A stretch of 64,000 bases of DNA from an uncultured Methanosarcinales archaeon (GTDB lineage Archaea > Nanobdellota > Nanobdellia > Woesearchaeales > CAZYIM01). Positions within the stretch are counted from its first letter, which is position 1. Every line of letters starts with the position of its first letter. This document shows, in pieces, positions 1 to 10,141 of the stretch. The notes under the pieces were generated by a model. The model saw only the letters and a program-made list of their open reading frames with translations. It was not told the DNA's origin and searched no databases. The position numbers and the translations under genes were made by a program. The stretch covers positions 11,266-75,265 of the forward strand of contig CAZYIM010000009.1 of assembly GCA_964647565.1 (NCBI GenBank), in the 5' to 3' direction.

Positions 1-460
1 ATGGCCTGGATTCAATCATGGTAAAGGATATCCTTATGAAAACATGATGAAATCTTATCAGTGGCCTGTTATTGGAGTTATGCAACATAATACAATGAAA
101 GGTGGAAAAGATGCTCCCATTATTGATCTAAGAGGGGGTATTATCTCACCGTATGGCAAATATTACTCTATAGTCGGATATGACAAGACAGATGGAACAA
201 TCAAGATAAATTCTGCAATAAACGGAGCGGTCTGCTATAAGATGAGGGGAGGTGAACTTCATTCAGGAGGGGACATCGATTCAGTATATCTTGATATATG
301 GGATGGGAAGATAACTGTTCCTGCAGGGACAAAGGCAGAAAGATATTTTTTTGAGGGGAGCGGATTTCGGAACCATGGTAAGATTGTGAATTCAAAAGGC
401 AGAAGATTATATCCCCTGCCAGGTAAAAAGATTGTAACTATGTTTAAATCGATTAAATGA
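1..460 (+). CDS. Hypothetical protein, 3' part (the frame is open from the window start, so probably 5'-truncated)
   Basis: No stop between position 2 and the ATG at 44 in this frame; TGA at 458-460 lies 4 nt before the first leader-array gene. Confidence 0.6.
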   Translation, partial: WPGFNHGKGYPYENMMKSYQWPVIGVMQHNTMKGGKDAPIIDLRGGIISPYGKYYSIVGYDKTDGTIKINSAINGAVCYKMRGGELHSGGDIDSVYLDIWDGKITVPAGTKAERYFFEGSGFRNHGKIVNSKGRRLYPLPGKKIVTMFKSIK

Positions 461-464
461 GAAG

Positions 465-1868
465 ATGACACTCGAAGAAGATATCAATAAAACAAGGAAA
501 AAGCTTAAGAGGACTAAGTTTAAGAAAGAAAGGAAATTTAAGATGAAGTCTTGGATGTGGGGTGCTGCATCAATAGTATTCATCGGCTCAACAATAGGCA
601 TAAGCTCCTGGTTAAACAACAATTATTTCCCAAGCAAACAAACTGTTGCCTCTCAAGACAACACGCAAGTAGTAGCAAGTGTGATTGAAGATACATTAAA
701 AGTAGAACAACCTACTTTAATCGACAACCTGACAAAGGAATTTACTCCAACAATAGATAGAAAGAGTTCAGACCCTTTGATTGCAGACTTATTAAAGAGA
801 AAAGCAAATGAATATTCAAGTTTACCCAGAGGAAAAAAATATGCATTTAATGAAGAAAACATTGTTGATATGTTCACAGATCATCAAGGTGCCATATATG
901 CATTATCAGGGGAAAGACCTTATCGTCCAAGTGAGTTATATCTCAAGAAATTAACTGTAACGTCTAATGAAATAATAGTCAGATCCATGAATATACTTGG
1001 GAAACGGATTGCGAGCAATGAAATCTACTTCGGGGGCTTTGATAAATTTGGAAACGGATATTTCTATACGCATCTGAAGGACATAAAAGGCCAAGGAATT
1101 TCAAAACATTATATCCAGATTGAAAAGCTAAGATTTGACTCTGTCGGAAAGATTGTAAATCGTGAAAAAGCAGGTCTTATCAAGTTTTCAAACAATCCTA
1201 AGACTATTAGTTTGCAAGGCGCTTACTGCGATATTGAAGGCAACCATTACCTTGCAATAGGTCTAACCAGGCCAGGTCACAACGATAGAGGAATCCTGGA
1301 GATCGATGGGAAAAATCTTGACTTAACTGCGTTACGTGGGCAAGATGAAGTTATTATTTCAGATCTCCACAGCAAAACAAGTAATCAATTCATTAAACTC
1401 CCGAATAAGGTAAATTCAAGATACCATTTTAGAGGCTGGCTAGAATCTGGAGGGGGAGGGACTAAAAGATTCGAAACCTATGATGGAGAATTTTTAATGT
1501 GTCCATCAGGAGGTGCTAGTTTCAATGTTTTTAATGAAAGTATGGAACGTATTTTTGCCCATGACTATAACAGCAATTACTATGCAAAGGATTCAAGAAA
1601 CAGGATTATCGAGATTAAACACTGTCACAGGTTTGTTATAAGTCCCTATGATAATTTCTATGGATTAAGGCGTAATTATCCTCTGATTAGAGTAATTACA
1701 ATGAAAAAAGACACTAAATGGTGGCCATATCTGGTTGAAACGATAAGAAATTATGTCGATGATGAAAGGTTGGTTAGTTTCAAAGATCTAAGAGTAGGCG
1801 TTGCAGATAACAACCATCTCTATGTTATTGAACCTGGATTCCTACATAAGATAAACATTAAAAAATGA
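465..1868 (+). CDS. Leader-array protein 1: leader, TM helix and degenerate NHL-like beta-propeller
   Basis: Starts MTLEEDINKTRKKL; hydrophobic WMWGAASIVFIGSTIGISSW; EIYFGGFDKFGNGYFY block shared with the genes at 7684 and 8997. Confidence 0.75.
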   Translation: MTLEEDINKTRKKLKRTKFKKERKFKMKSWMWGAASIVFIGSTIGISSWLNNNYFPSKQTVASQDNTQVVASVIEDTLKVEQPTLIDNLTKEFTPTIDRKSSDPLIADLLKRKANEYSSLPRGKKYAFNEENIVDMFTDHQGAIYALSGERPYRPSELYLKKLTVTSNEIIVRSMNILGKRIASNEIYFGGFDKFGNGYFYTHLKDIKGQGISKHYIQIEKLRFDSVGKIVNREKAGLIKFSNNPKTISLQGAYCDIEGNHYLAIGLTRPGHNDRGILEIDGKNLDLTALRGQDEVIISDLHSKTSNQFIKLPNKVNSRYHFRGWLESGGGGTKRFETYDGEFLMCPSGGASFNVFNESMERIFAHDYNSNYYAKDSRNRIIEIKHCHRFVISPYDNFYGLRRNYPLIRVITMKKDTKWWPYLVETIRNYVDDERLVSFKDLRVGVADNNHLYVIEPGFLHKINIKK

Positions 1869-2512
1869 CACTTGAAAAAGATGTAAAAGAAACAAAAAGC
1901 ATGCTTGATGGCATGGTTATCAAAACAGATTTAAAAGCAAATAGATTGGAAAAAGAAAAAAAAATAAGGCAGTTGCTTGAACAAGCCAAAATAAAGGATC
2001 ACGCGAGGGATTGGGGTACGGCTCAAGATCTTATTAATCAAGCCAGGAAGCTGGGTGCAGATGATAGTTTGTTTTTTGCAGATTCAATTGCCAAGTTCAG
2101 ACAAAAACAATATGATCAGGCTATCGAAGCAATTGACATGGCTCTATTATTAGATTCGCAAAATGAACAGTACTTCCTTCAACGAGGCCGTACTAAAATG
2201 GAAATGGGTCGATATAATGATGCGATTGAAGATTTTGATTTAGCGATAAAATATAAGCTTAGATATTGGGAAGCTTATTATAACAAAGGCCTGTGCTATG
2301 AAAAACTGAACGACACTGGCCAAGCATATGATGCATATCACAGCATTTGGTATAACGGAGGGGAATACTCAGATACTGAACAAAGAATGGCAATGCTAAA
2401 TAGAAAAAATAAAGAAAATCAGGACAAAATGGCGGAGTATATACATAACAATTCGTTCGAAGGTAAGCTAGAAAATGCCTTTAGGAAAATATTCAGAAGA
2501 AAAAAGAAATAA
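1865..2512 (+). CDS. Leader-array protein 2: TPR protein
   Basis: Starts MTLEKDVKETKSML; TPR motifs YFLQRGRTKMEMGRYNDAIEDFDLAI and AYYNKGLCYEKL; ATGA overlap with the previous gene. Confidence 0.85.
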   Translation: MTLEKDVKETKSMLDGMVIKTDLKANRLEKEKKIRQLLEQAKIKDHARDWGTAQDLINQARKLGADDSLFFADSIAKFRQKQYDQAIEAIDMALLLDSQNEQYFLQRGRTKMEMGRYNDAIEDFDLAIKYKLRYWEAYYNKGLCYEKLNDTGQAYDAYHSIWYNGGEYSDTEQRMAMLNRKNKENQDKMAEYIHNNSFEGKLENAFRKIFRRKKK

Positions 2513-2513
2513 G

Positions 2514-3020
2514 ATGTCACTAGAAAAAGAGATCAAGAAATGGAAAGGTAAACTAAAGGATTTGGTTTTTAAGCTGAAACCTCCTGAAGAGGATCCAGTT
2601 GAGCGGGCAAGGAGGATCAGATTGGATAGCTTTAAGCATCATTATAGATTGGGTAAGAACAAACAGGAATTGAATGATCTTGATGGTGCTGTTGCTGAAT
2701 ATGTTAGAGCCCTTAAGTATGAACCTACTAATGTTGACTCATTACACAGGATAGGTAAAATCAAAATGCAACAGGAGGCTTGGGAGACTGCCATCCATTA
2801 TCTAGATAGGGCGTTAAGACTGGATCCTGATCACCTAACAGCATATTTTGATAGAGGATATGCAAAAGCAAAATTAGGCGATGAGCAAGGCCAGCACAAA
2901 GATTATGAAAAAGGCTTGGAACTAAATCCTAATATGAATGCAGCTACATCATTGGTTGCTGCTTCGAGAAAAAAAGAACAAGATATATTGGATGCCTTTG
3001 ATGGCAAGAGGAGGAAATAG
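2514..3020 (+). CDS. Leader-array protein 3: TPR protein
   Basis: Start reassigned to ATG 2514 (MSLEKEIKKWKGKL), 1 nt after the upstream TAA; TPR motifs AIHYLDRALRLDP and AYFDRGYAKAKLG. Confidence 0.85.
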   Translation: MSLEKEIKKWKGKLKDLVFKLKPPEEDPVERARRIRLDSFKHHYRLGKNKQELNDLDGAVAEYVRALKYEPTNVDSLHRIGKIKMQQEAWETAIHYLDRALRLDPDHLTAYFDRGYAKAKLGDEQGQHKDYEKGLELNPNMNAATSLVAASRKKEQDILDAFDGKRRK

Positions 3021-3021
3021 T

Positions 3022-3552
3022 GTGGCATTGGAAGAAGAGATCAGCAAAACAAAAAAGTTGTTAGACTATATAGAAATAATCTCTCATGATAAAGATATTG
3101 AAAAATACTTACCAAGGACCTGGTTAATTGGACCTAAGGATAGGTCTAAATTGGCTTATTCAAAAGCTTACTATAAAAGGGTGGTGGATAAAACTTACAA
3201 TGGCACTGACTTTAGCGGAATAGATGATCTAAATATTTGTTTGGCTCTCAACCCATACCATGTCCAAGCTTTATATAGACGAGGAAAATTCAATTTAAAG
3301 CATAATCATTACCGCAAAGCTATTGCTGATTTCGACAGAATAATTAACATAAATCCTAATTATGTAGATGTTTATTTACAACGATCTTTCGCAAAACATA
3401 AATTAGGTATTAGATGGGATGCAGAGGAAGATAGAAAGAAAATGTATGATATCATCAAGAAGAACGGTGGTAAGCTCCTTGGAATATCGAATAAAGCATT
3501 TTCAAAAATAATAAATGATGACGCAATGAGCGTAATAAATAGAATAAAATGA
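3022..3552 (+). CDS. Leader-array protein 4: TPR protein (GTG start)
   Basis: GTG at 3022 after GAGGAGG gives (M)ALEEEISKTKKLL; TPR motif ALYRRGKFNLKHNHYRKAIADFDRIININP. Confidence 0.8.
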   Translation: MALEEEISKTKKLLDYIEIISHDKDIEKYLPRTWLIGPKDRSKLAYSKAYYKRVVDKTYNGTDFSGIDDLNICLALNPYHVQALYRRGKFNLKHNHYRKAIADFDRIININPNYVDVYLQRSFAKHKLGIRWDAEEDRKKMYDIIKKNGGKLLGISNKAFSKIINDDAMSVINRIK

Positions 3553-4271
3553 CACTAGACCAAGAAGTACAGAAAATGAAGCAACTGCTAGATACTCTTG
3601 AGATGCATGTAATGTTGCCTTCTGAATCAGAAGAGAAAGATCCCATCAAAAAGTGGATGGATGAACGAGAATCCGTAAAAAAATTCATCGATACAATTAG
3701 TTTTTGGGTGACGGATTCTTATCTTGAAGGCATTAAGGCAGTTTTCAAAGAAATTCCTGAAAATAAAAATATTGTTGACTATAACTTTATTGAAACTGCA
3801 AAGCTCAAGGATATTTGGGTAGAAACTATGACTACTTATTTAGAAGATCGCGTGCTGAAGTACTTCGGGATTAATGAGAAAGATGATCTAAAAACACCTA
3901 TGTTGATGAAGTCTACAATAGGCCTTTCTTCACACGACCTTAAAAATATCATAGATGAATATGGAAAAGACTACACTTTACAAAAGCATAATCTATTAAC
4001 AGAACTATTAGAAGAAAAGATCACTAAAAGACTTTATACTGATGTGGGTGCCCATCTAAATGATGAACATGTTGAAGATGTGATCAAATGCATAGAAAGT
4101 CTGGATGCCACGCATTTCTTAGATGTTAAGAATATGTCAATAAAGGATGCTCTTGAGATGTATGATCTATATGCAGAAAGTAATGGATTATTTACTCCAA
4201 AATATATCAAGGATCATTTTGTGGATAAGAAACAAGAGATCCCTAAATATCTTACAATTATTCCGCCTTAG
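3549..4271 (+). CDS. Leader-array protein 5: helical hypothetical protein
   Basis: Starts MTLDQEVQKMKQLLDTLEM; 240-aa ORF; ATGA overlap. Confidence 0.7.
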   Translation: MTLDQEVQKMKQLLDTLEMHVMLPSESEEKDPIKKWMDERESVKKFIDTISFWVTDSYLEGIKAVFKEIPENKNIVDYNFIETAKLKDIWVETMTTYLEDRVLKYFGINEKDDLKTPMLMKSTIGLSSHDLKNIIDEYGKDYTLQKHNLLTELLEEKITKRLYTDVGAHLNDEHVEDVIKCIESLDATHFLDVKNMSIKDALEMYDLYAESNGLFTPKYIKDHFVDKKQEIPKYLTIIPP

Positions 4272-4989
4272 GCTTCTTGGCCAGGTTCCATAGAATCTTG
4301 AAATATTTTCTGTACGCATTAGCGATCTCCTGGCTCCTTATCAGGATGATCAATGGCTCTTTTGACCACAGAATCAGGCTTACATACTCACCACATATGG
4401 ATGTGGTTACAGGACTGTCAAATTCTCTTGGCAATAGTCTTGCTTCTGTATAGGGTAATTTGTTAAGAAAATGCATCCTGTCCAATGCATCGGCATTGTA
4501 TATATGATCCATCTGTATCTTCAGTTCTTTTCTCCTGTTATGGTAATTAGTCAGGAAAGGACCTATCATCTTGGCCACATCAGCTATGACGCCATAGGTA
4601 TAGATGGTCTGTTTTTGCTTTAAAAATAATTCAAGCATGTTTTTTGTTGCTCTAATGCCTTCGAATATCTTAGCTTCGCTCTTTTTAGACATCTGTTTTG
4701 CAAGTGCAAGCTGCGGCAGGGCTTTAGAAAGCTTGTCTTCTTTTTCTTTGAGCATGTCCATCAGCCGCTCTGGATCGCTGGCTTCAAAGTATTTGGTCTT
4801 ATCCTTTAGAATATATGCCACAAGACCTTTGTCTATCAGTCTTTTCAATGCATCATAGACATTAGTCCTATGTACGCCGCTCTTTTCTGATATCTTGCCT
4901 GCAACTGAACAACCCAGTTCTAGAAGTGCCAGATATACTTTGGCCTCGTTGTCCGAAAGACCGATTTCTTGAAGGATTTCTTCATCCAT
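4258..4989 (-). CDS. TrmB-family transcriptional regulator
   Basis: MDEEILQEIGLSDNEAKVYLALLELG...SGVHRTNVYDALKRLIDKGLV wHTH plus effector domain; start reassigned to 4989. Confidence 0.9.
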   Translation of the reverse strand: MDEEILQEIGLSDNEAKVYLALLELGCSVAGKISEKSGVHRTNVYDALKRLIDKGLVAYILKDKTKYFEASDPERLMDMLKEKEDKLSKALPQLALAKQMSKKSEAKIFEGIRATKNMLELFLKQKQTIYTYGVIADVAKMIGPFLTNYHNRRKELKIQMDHIYNADALDRMHFLNKLPYTEARLLPREFDSPVTTSICGEYVSLILWSKEPLIILIRSQEIANAYRKYFKILWNLAKKPKAE

Positions 4990-5158
4990 TTTTAGTTCTT
5001 TTAATGGTATGATAGTTTTAATAATTTCCGGAAAAAACTTCGGAATGTAAAAAAACATCCGTTTTCATCACTGTATGATGGAAAAGCTTATAAATTTTCC
5101 TATCTTACCGAAGGTCATTATTCAAGATAATATATAAAGCTGGCAGGGGGTAATAAAA

Positions 5159-6421
5159 GTGTCGTTAGATGGCGATATCGAGAGAGCGAGGAAAGACTTG
5201 CAAAGTATGGATTTCAACACGAGATCCATAGACAAAGTCAAGAGCAAAAAGGAACTTGAGATAGAAAAGAAACACAGTTATGGGTTTCGGACATTGATGG
5301 GGAACAATGGCCGTACAGGATATGCTCATTTCCAGACGCCTAAAGAAGATCAAACTTGGTTATTACTTCTTCAAACTAGCTATGGTTTAAAGGGTTTCAA
5401 AAAGTTAATGGATGAAAAAGTCTTTGATGCCAAACTTCATGAAAAGATGGATTTCATCCAATTCTCAGCACCTAATATAGCTGCAGGATATAACCGTATT
5501 TTCTCAGTAGGAGATAACTTTATCAAGATATTTAATTTCAAGGGAGACTTGATCAATAATGTGATTTTGGATTCTGGAATGCCTATAAAATTCGATCCTG
5601 TTTACTATAATAATAGTCTGCTAATTCACGGTATGGAAACTGAAATGCAGTGCTTTGACAGGGATGGAGAGTTAAAATGGACATATGATACTGGATGTCA
5701 CGGTAGAAAAAATCCGCCTACCATGTTGAACGATGCTATTTATCATATCAAGGGCACATCAGATACAATTGCTGTTGCCCTTAATTATAATGGAAAAGAG
5801 ATTTGGAGCTATGACAATGTGAAAGATGTTGAATCATCTCCCGTAGTTATTGGTTATGGAAAAGATAGAAAAATCATATATGGAACACAGGATGGACTCA
5901 TCGCTTTGAATCATAAAGGTAAATTGAAGTGGAGATTCAAAACAGAAAAACCAAGCGAATGGATGAACAGGAGACCACCGACCTGCACATTTAAGGAAGA
6001 CAAGCTTTTCTATTGTATGCCTGAAAGAAATAAGCTCTATTGCGTGAATCCTAAAAAGGGAAAATTACTTTGGGAAACAAATATTCCAATGAATGAAGAA
6101 GAGTTTGATTATCCTCCATCTGTCCTGGATAATCGTCTTTTTATGCCAGGATATGGAAAAGTGACAGCTTATGAGATTCAGAAAAAAGGACTGAAAAAAC
6201 TCTGGGACGTTAATGTGGAAGAAGGGCAGTGTACAACACCCACCATCATGTATGGAGGACGAGTAATCATGTTTAAGAACTTTCTAAAAAAAGCAACTTT
6301 TAGTGATGACAACAAGCTGAGCTTAGTTATTGATAATGAAAGCAAGCCGCTTGACAAATCAGATGTTGATATTGCAGCATTGCCAATGAGTATCGGAATA
6401 GACAAACACCTTATTGCATAA
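5159..6421 (+). CDS. Leader-array protein 6: PQQ-like (BamB-type) beta-propeller
   Basis: GTG start, SLDGDIERARKDL; GNNGRTG motif; repeats CFDRDGELKW, ALNYNGKEIW, ALNHKGKLKW. Confidence 0.85.
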   Translation: MSLDGDIERARKDLQSMDFNTRSIDKVKSKKELEIEKKHSYGFRTLMGNNGRTGYAHFQTPKEDQTWLLLLQTSYGLKGFKKLMDEKVFDAKLHEKMDFIQFSAPNIAAGYNRIFSVGDNFIKIFNFKGDLINNVILDSGMPIKFDPVYYNNSLLIHGMETEMQCFDRDGELKWTYDTGCHGRKNPPTMLNDAIYHIKGTSDTIAVALNYNGKEIWSYDNVKDVESSPVVIGYGKDRKIIYGTQDGLIALNHKGKLKWRFKTEKPSEWMNRRPPTCTFKEDKLFYCMPERNKLYCVNPKKGKLLWETNIPMNEEEFDYPPSVLDNRLFMPGYGKVTAYEIQKKGLKKLWDVNVEEGQCTTPTIMYGGRVIMFKNFLKKATFSDDNKLSLVIDNESKPLDKSDVDIAALPMSIGIDKHLIA

Positions 6422-6422
6422 A

Positions 6423-7682
6423 ATGCCACTTGAAAAAGACATTGAAGGACTGAGAAAAAGTCTGAGAAGCATAGAGTTTAGCACAAGAAGAATAGATAAA
6501 GAACAGAGTAGAAGAGAACTTAAGATAGAAGAAAAAAATAATTTTGGATTTAAAACCTGGATGGAAAACTTTGCACGAACAGGATATTCTAATTTCCAAA
6601 CATCTAAAAAAGAGGGTGATTGGCTACTTATTTTCCAAACAACCAATTATCTATTTGGCTATAAAAAACTGTTTTCAGATCAACTCTTTAAGGTCAAGCT
6701 TTCTGAAAAGATGGATTTTTTTGATTATTTGGTTCCAAACCTAGCTGCAAGTTACAACAGAATATTTTGTGCAGGACACAACTTTCTGAAGGTCTTTGAT
6801 TTCAAGGGTAATGAAATAAACAGCATTTTACTGGAGCAAGCAATGATACCTAATAGGGAAGATCCTGTTTATTATGAAAACAGCCTGATAATAACTGGTT
6901 TTGATAACATGATGCACTGTTTTGATAGGGATGGAGAGTTAAAATGGCAGTATGACACCGAGGTTCAGGGTAGAAAAACACCTCCTACCATGACCAATGA
7001 TGCTATCTATCACATAAAAAACTTGGCTAAAAGGTTAGCGGTTGCTATTGATTATAATGGAAAGGAACTCTGGACTTTTGATAAGATCGAGAAACTCGAA
7101 TCATCTCCAGTAATCTACAAAAGAGGGTTTCAACAATATATAATCTACGGAACACAGGATGGATTGATAGCGCTAGATAAAAAAGGAAGATTAAAATGGA
7201 GATTCCAGACTGATAAACCTCAGGAATATAGTAAAAGACGTCCTCCCACGTTAATGAATGAAAAGATATTCTATTGTATGCCTGAAAGAAACAAGATATG
7301 CTGTGTAGATGCACGTAAAGGTAAACTGCTTTGGGATGCTAATGTTCCTATGAACGAAGAAGAGTTTGATTATCCTCCATCTGTCACAGAAGAACGTTTA
7401 TTTATGCCAGGTTACGGCAAGATAACTGCCTACAAGATCCAGAAAACGGGGTTAGACAAACTCTGGGATGTAGAAGTGGGAGAAGGAAACTGCACAACAC
7501 CAGCTATTGCGTATGGAGGGTATGTTATTATGTTTCGGCATAATCCAACAAAAAAAAGTTTCAATATGGATCGAAAAATGATCCTGGTATTTGATAAACT
7601 TGATGAAGGAATTGAAAAGATGGAATATAATATATCTGCATTACCTATAACAATAGGAGTAGACAAACACCTTATTGAATAA
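6423..7682 (+). CDS. Leader-array protein 7: PQQ-like beta-propeller, close paralog of protein 6
   Basis: MPLEKDIEGLRKSL; long identical blocks with protein 6 (IIYGTQDGLIAL, FYCMPERNK, PMNEEEFDYPPSV). Confidence 0.85.
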   Translation: MPLEKDIEGLRKSLRSIEFSTRRIDKEQSRRELKIEEKNNFGFKTWMENFARTGYSNFQTSKKEGDWLLIFQTTNYLFGYKKLFSDQLFKVKLSEKMDFFDYLVPNLAASYNRIFCAGHNFLKVFDFKGNEINSILLEQAMIPNREDPVYYENSLIITGFDNMMHCFDRDGELKWQYDTEVQGRKTPPTMTNDAIYHIKNLAKRLAVAIDYNGKELWTFDKIEKLESSPVIYKRGFQQYIIYGTQDGLIALDKKGRLKWRFQTDKPQEYSKRRPPTLMNEKIFYCMPERNKICCVDARKGKLLWDANVPMNEEEFDYPPSVTEERLFMPGYGKITAYKIQKTGLDKLWDVEVGEGNCTTPAIAYGGYVIMFRHNPTKKSFNMDRKMILVFDKLDEGIEKMEYNISALPITIGVDKHLIE

Positions 7683-7683
7683 A

Positions 7684-8991
7684 ATGTCGCTGACAAGAAA
7701 CATCAGGAATCTTAGGAAAGAAACAGACGGTTTTGAATTCACAAAAGTAAATAAAAAAAGACCATTTTGGCAAAGAGCATTGATGTGGGGAGGGGGAGCT
7801 GTATTATTTCTAGGTATAAGCATAACGGCCAGCGTTTTCATAATGAAAAACATGCTGGGTTATGAGAAACCGCAGTCTCAACAAGAAGTTGTGCCACCCC
7901 CAATTGAACCTAAAGTTAAAACAACTGTAGTAAAAGACACGCTTGAGAAAATAGTTGAAGAAGAAAAAGAACCTGAACTGATCAAGCCAACATTTGAAGT
8001 ATTAAGAGCACCAGCAGGAACAGAAGACCTGATTACCGATCCGTTTGGAAATTTCTACATCCTGACAAAAACCAATGCAGGAACAAAGTTAGAACAATAC
8101 AAAGGTTCAACATTTTGCAAATATGCTTCTATACGAAAAATAATGAACCTAGAAAAAGGAGAAATATTCGGCGGCTTTGATTTTAAAGGGATAGGATATT
8201 ATTATCGTATATCAAATATTGAAGATATACCTTACGAAACAGGCAGTTTTAATCTAAACATATCAAATTTTGAAATGACTAATCCGAGTTATGTTAAGAA
8301 AATTAGTAAAAAAATCACTTATAACAATGGTAAGGACAGAAGTGAAGATTATACATTACCCAAATCATACCCTAATAGTTATGAAGCTTTATCAGCTCCA
8401 AAACTGGTAGATGGAAAAGTGTCGCCTAAAGGTAATAATTATATATTAATACAGTTAGATCGGAAAAAGCGTCTTGCAACAAAATGGGGACGAGAAAGTG
8501 GTTCTATAACTGAAGAGTATTTTGCCAGCTTTTTATTATTTGATAAACTAGGAAATTTAATAAAAACCAATTATGAAAATAAAGAGAAACATTTTCTTAG
8601 TTCAGAATATCCTGATTTTTCAAATGCCAGAATTTCAACGTGGGATGGAAAAAGAGTTAATGTATTAAAATTGTCAACACTAGGTATTTTTATTTATGAT
8701 GAATTTTGGGAACTTCAGGAAGGTTTTGGCAAATTTGGTAATTCAATTGGACAATTTATACGTCCACAAGATATAGCAATTAGTCCCAATAACAAGATCT
8801 ATGTTGTTGATACAGGCAACAATAGAATTCAAAAATTTAGCTCAACTGGCAATTTTCTTAAAAGTTTAGGTGAGTATGGCGCCAACCCAGGTCAATTCGA
8901 CAATCCTACAAGGATTGTTGTGGATCAGAATCAAAACATCTACGTCTATGACAAGGGCAACAACAGGATACAGAAAATAAGCAACTGGTAA
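7684..8991 (+). CDS. Leader-array protein 8: TM helix and NHL-repeat propeller
   Basis: Divergent leader MSLTRNIRNLRKE; TM ALMWGGGAVLFLGISITASVFIM; NHL repeats GQFIRPQDIAISPNNKIYVVDTGNNRIQKF. Confidence 0.85.
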   Translation: MSLTRNIRNLRKETDGFEFTKVNKKRPFWQRALMWGGGAVLFLGISITASVFIMKNMLGYEKPQSQQEVVPPPIEPKVKTTVVKDTLEKIVEEEKEPELIKPTFEVLRAPAGTEDLITDPFGNFYILTKTNAGTKLEQYKGSTFCKYASIRKIMNLEKGEIFGGFDFKGIGYYYRISNIEDIPYETGSFNLNISNFEMTNPSYVKKISKKITYNNGKDRSEDYTLPKSYPNSYEALSAPKLVDGKVSPKGNNYILIQLDRKKRLATKWGRESGSITEEYFASFLLFDKLGNLIKTNYENKEKHFLSSEYPDFSNARISTWDGKRVNVLKLSTLGIFIYDEFWELQEGFGKFGNSIGQFIRPQDIAISPNNKIYVVDTGNNRIQKFSSTGNFLKSLGEYGANPGQFDNPTRIVVDQNQNIYVYDKGNNRIQKISNW

Positions 8992-8996
8992 TTAAA

Positions 8997-10139
8997 ATGC
9001 CTCTAGAAAAAGAAATAAAAAAATGGAGAAAAAGACTTGATATGTATGAATTTAAAAAACCCGAACCATTTTGGAAAAGAGCTTCGAGAACTGCACTTTT
9101 TATCGGGAGCAGTTTCATGTTAAGTTTTATGATTATGAAAAATTTTGGAAATGATCCAACACAATACAACAAAGAACAACAAACTCAAATTAACTCAAGT
9201 GAACAAATTGGAAAAAAAGAAATTATCAATCCTACCTCTGAAAATCTTAAGATAAGAGTAATTCAAGAGACAATAATCCCTCCTTCTGAACCATTGGAAA
9301 TGAGATCTGATTTATTAGGAAACATGTACTGTATTTTCAAAGGCAAAGAAAAAGAAAGAATTGTAAATGTATATGATGGTATTAGGTTTAAACCTCAAAC
9401 TATAATGAAACGCAACGATCTAATATGGGGAGGTGTGGATCGAGAAATGTTCAGGTATTTTTATTATGCTAATGAAGTTGGAGCAAACAGGATTGATTAT
9501 AAGAAATATAATATTTATCTTTTAAAAAATAATAAAAATGGAAAAAAAATAACACATCATAAAATAGTCAGCGAAGAGTATGGGTACTGGAATGAAAAAG
9601 AAGAATTATTCCATTTGTTGGATGGCCGCTCTGATTCGATCGGCAATAACTATATTATTGCATTAGTAAATTATAAAACAAATCATAGCTATGTCAATAG
9701 AACTCTTTCTATCAAAACTGATAACATGGGTGAACTAATTAATAAAAAATTTGTTGTGCCAGATGTAGATAGAAGTTCGAAATTAAAAATAGGTAATGAC
9801 AACAAATTATATGTTCACAGTCCAAATAAATCCATTCATGTTTTCGATAATGACTGGAACTACCTAAATCAAATCGGATCCCCTAATGGAAATGGTGACG
9901 GACAATTTATGAAACCTCAAGATATCACAATAGGTCCTGATGGAAGTGTCTATATAGCAGATACCAGCAATCACAGGATCCAGAAGTTCGATCCTGACGG
10001 AGCATTTATTGCCAAATTCGGAGAATATGGTTCTGGCAAAGGACAGTTCAACTACCCCGCAAGAATCACTGTCGACAAGAACAGCAACGTCTATGTCTAT
10101 GACAAGGGCAATAACAGGATACAGAAGTTCAGGTTTTGA
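8997..10139 (+). CDS. Leader-array protein 9: TM helix and NHL-repeat propeller
   Basis: MPLEKEIKKWRKRL; TM ALFIGSSFMLSFMIM; NHL repeat GQFMKPQDITIGPDGSVYIADTSNHRIQKF. Confidence 0.85.
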   Translation: MPLEKEIKKWRKRLDMYEFKKPEPFWKRASRTALFIGSSFMLSFMIMKNFGNDPTQYNKEQQTQINSSEQIGKKEIINPTSENLKIRVIQETIIPPSEPLEMRSDLLGNMYCIFKGKEKERIVNVYDGIRFKPQTIMKRNDLIWGGVDREMFRYFYYANEVGANRIDYKKYNIYLLKNNKNGKKITHHKIVSEEYGYWNEKEELFHLLDGRSDSIGNNYIIALVNYKTNHSYVNRTLSIKTDNMGELINKKFVVPDVDRSSKLKIGNDNKLYVHSPNKSIHVFDNDWNYLNQIGSPNGNGDGQFMKPQDITIGPDGSVYIADTSNHRIQKFDPDGAFIAKFGEYGSGKGQFNYPARITVDKNSNVYVYDKGNNRIQKFRF

Positions 10140-10141
10140 AA

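Noticed and set aside
5159..7682. Diversity-generating retroelement behind the propeller paralogs
   Set aside because: No reverse transcriptase is present, and differences between paralogs are not confined to adenines or to a short terminal region
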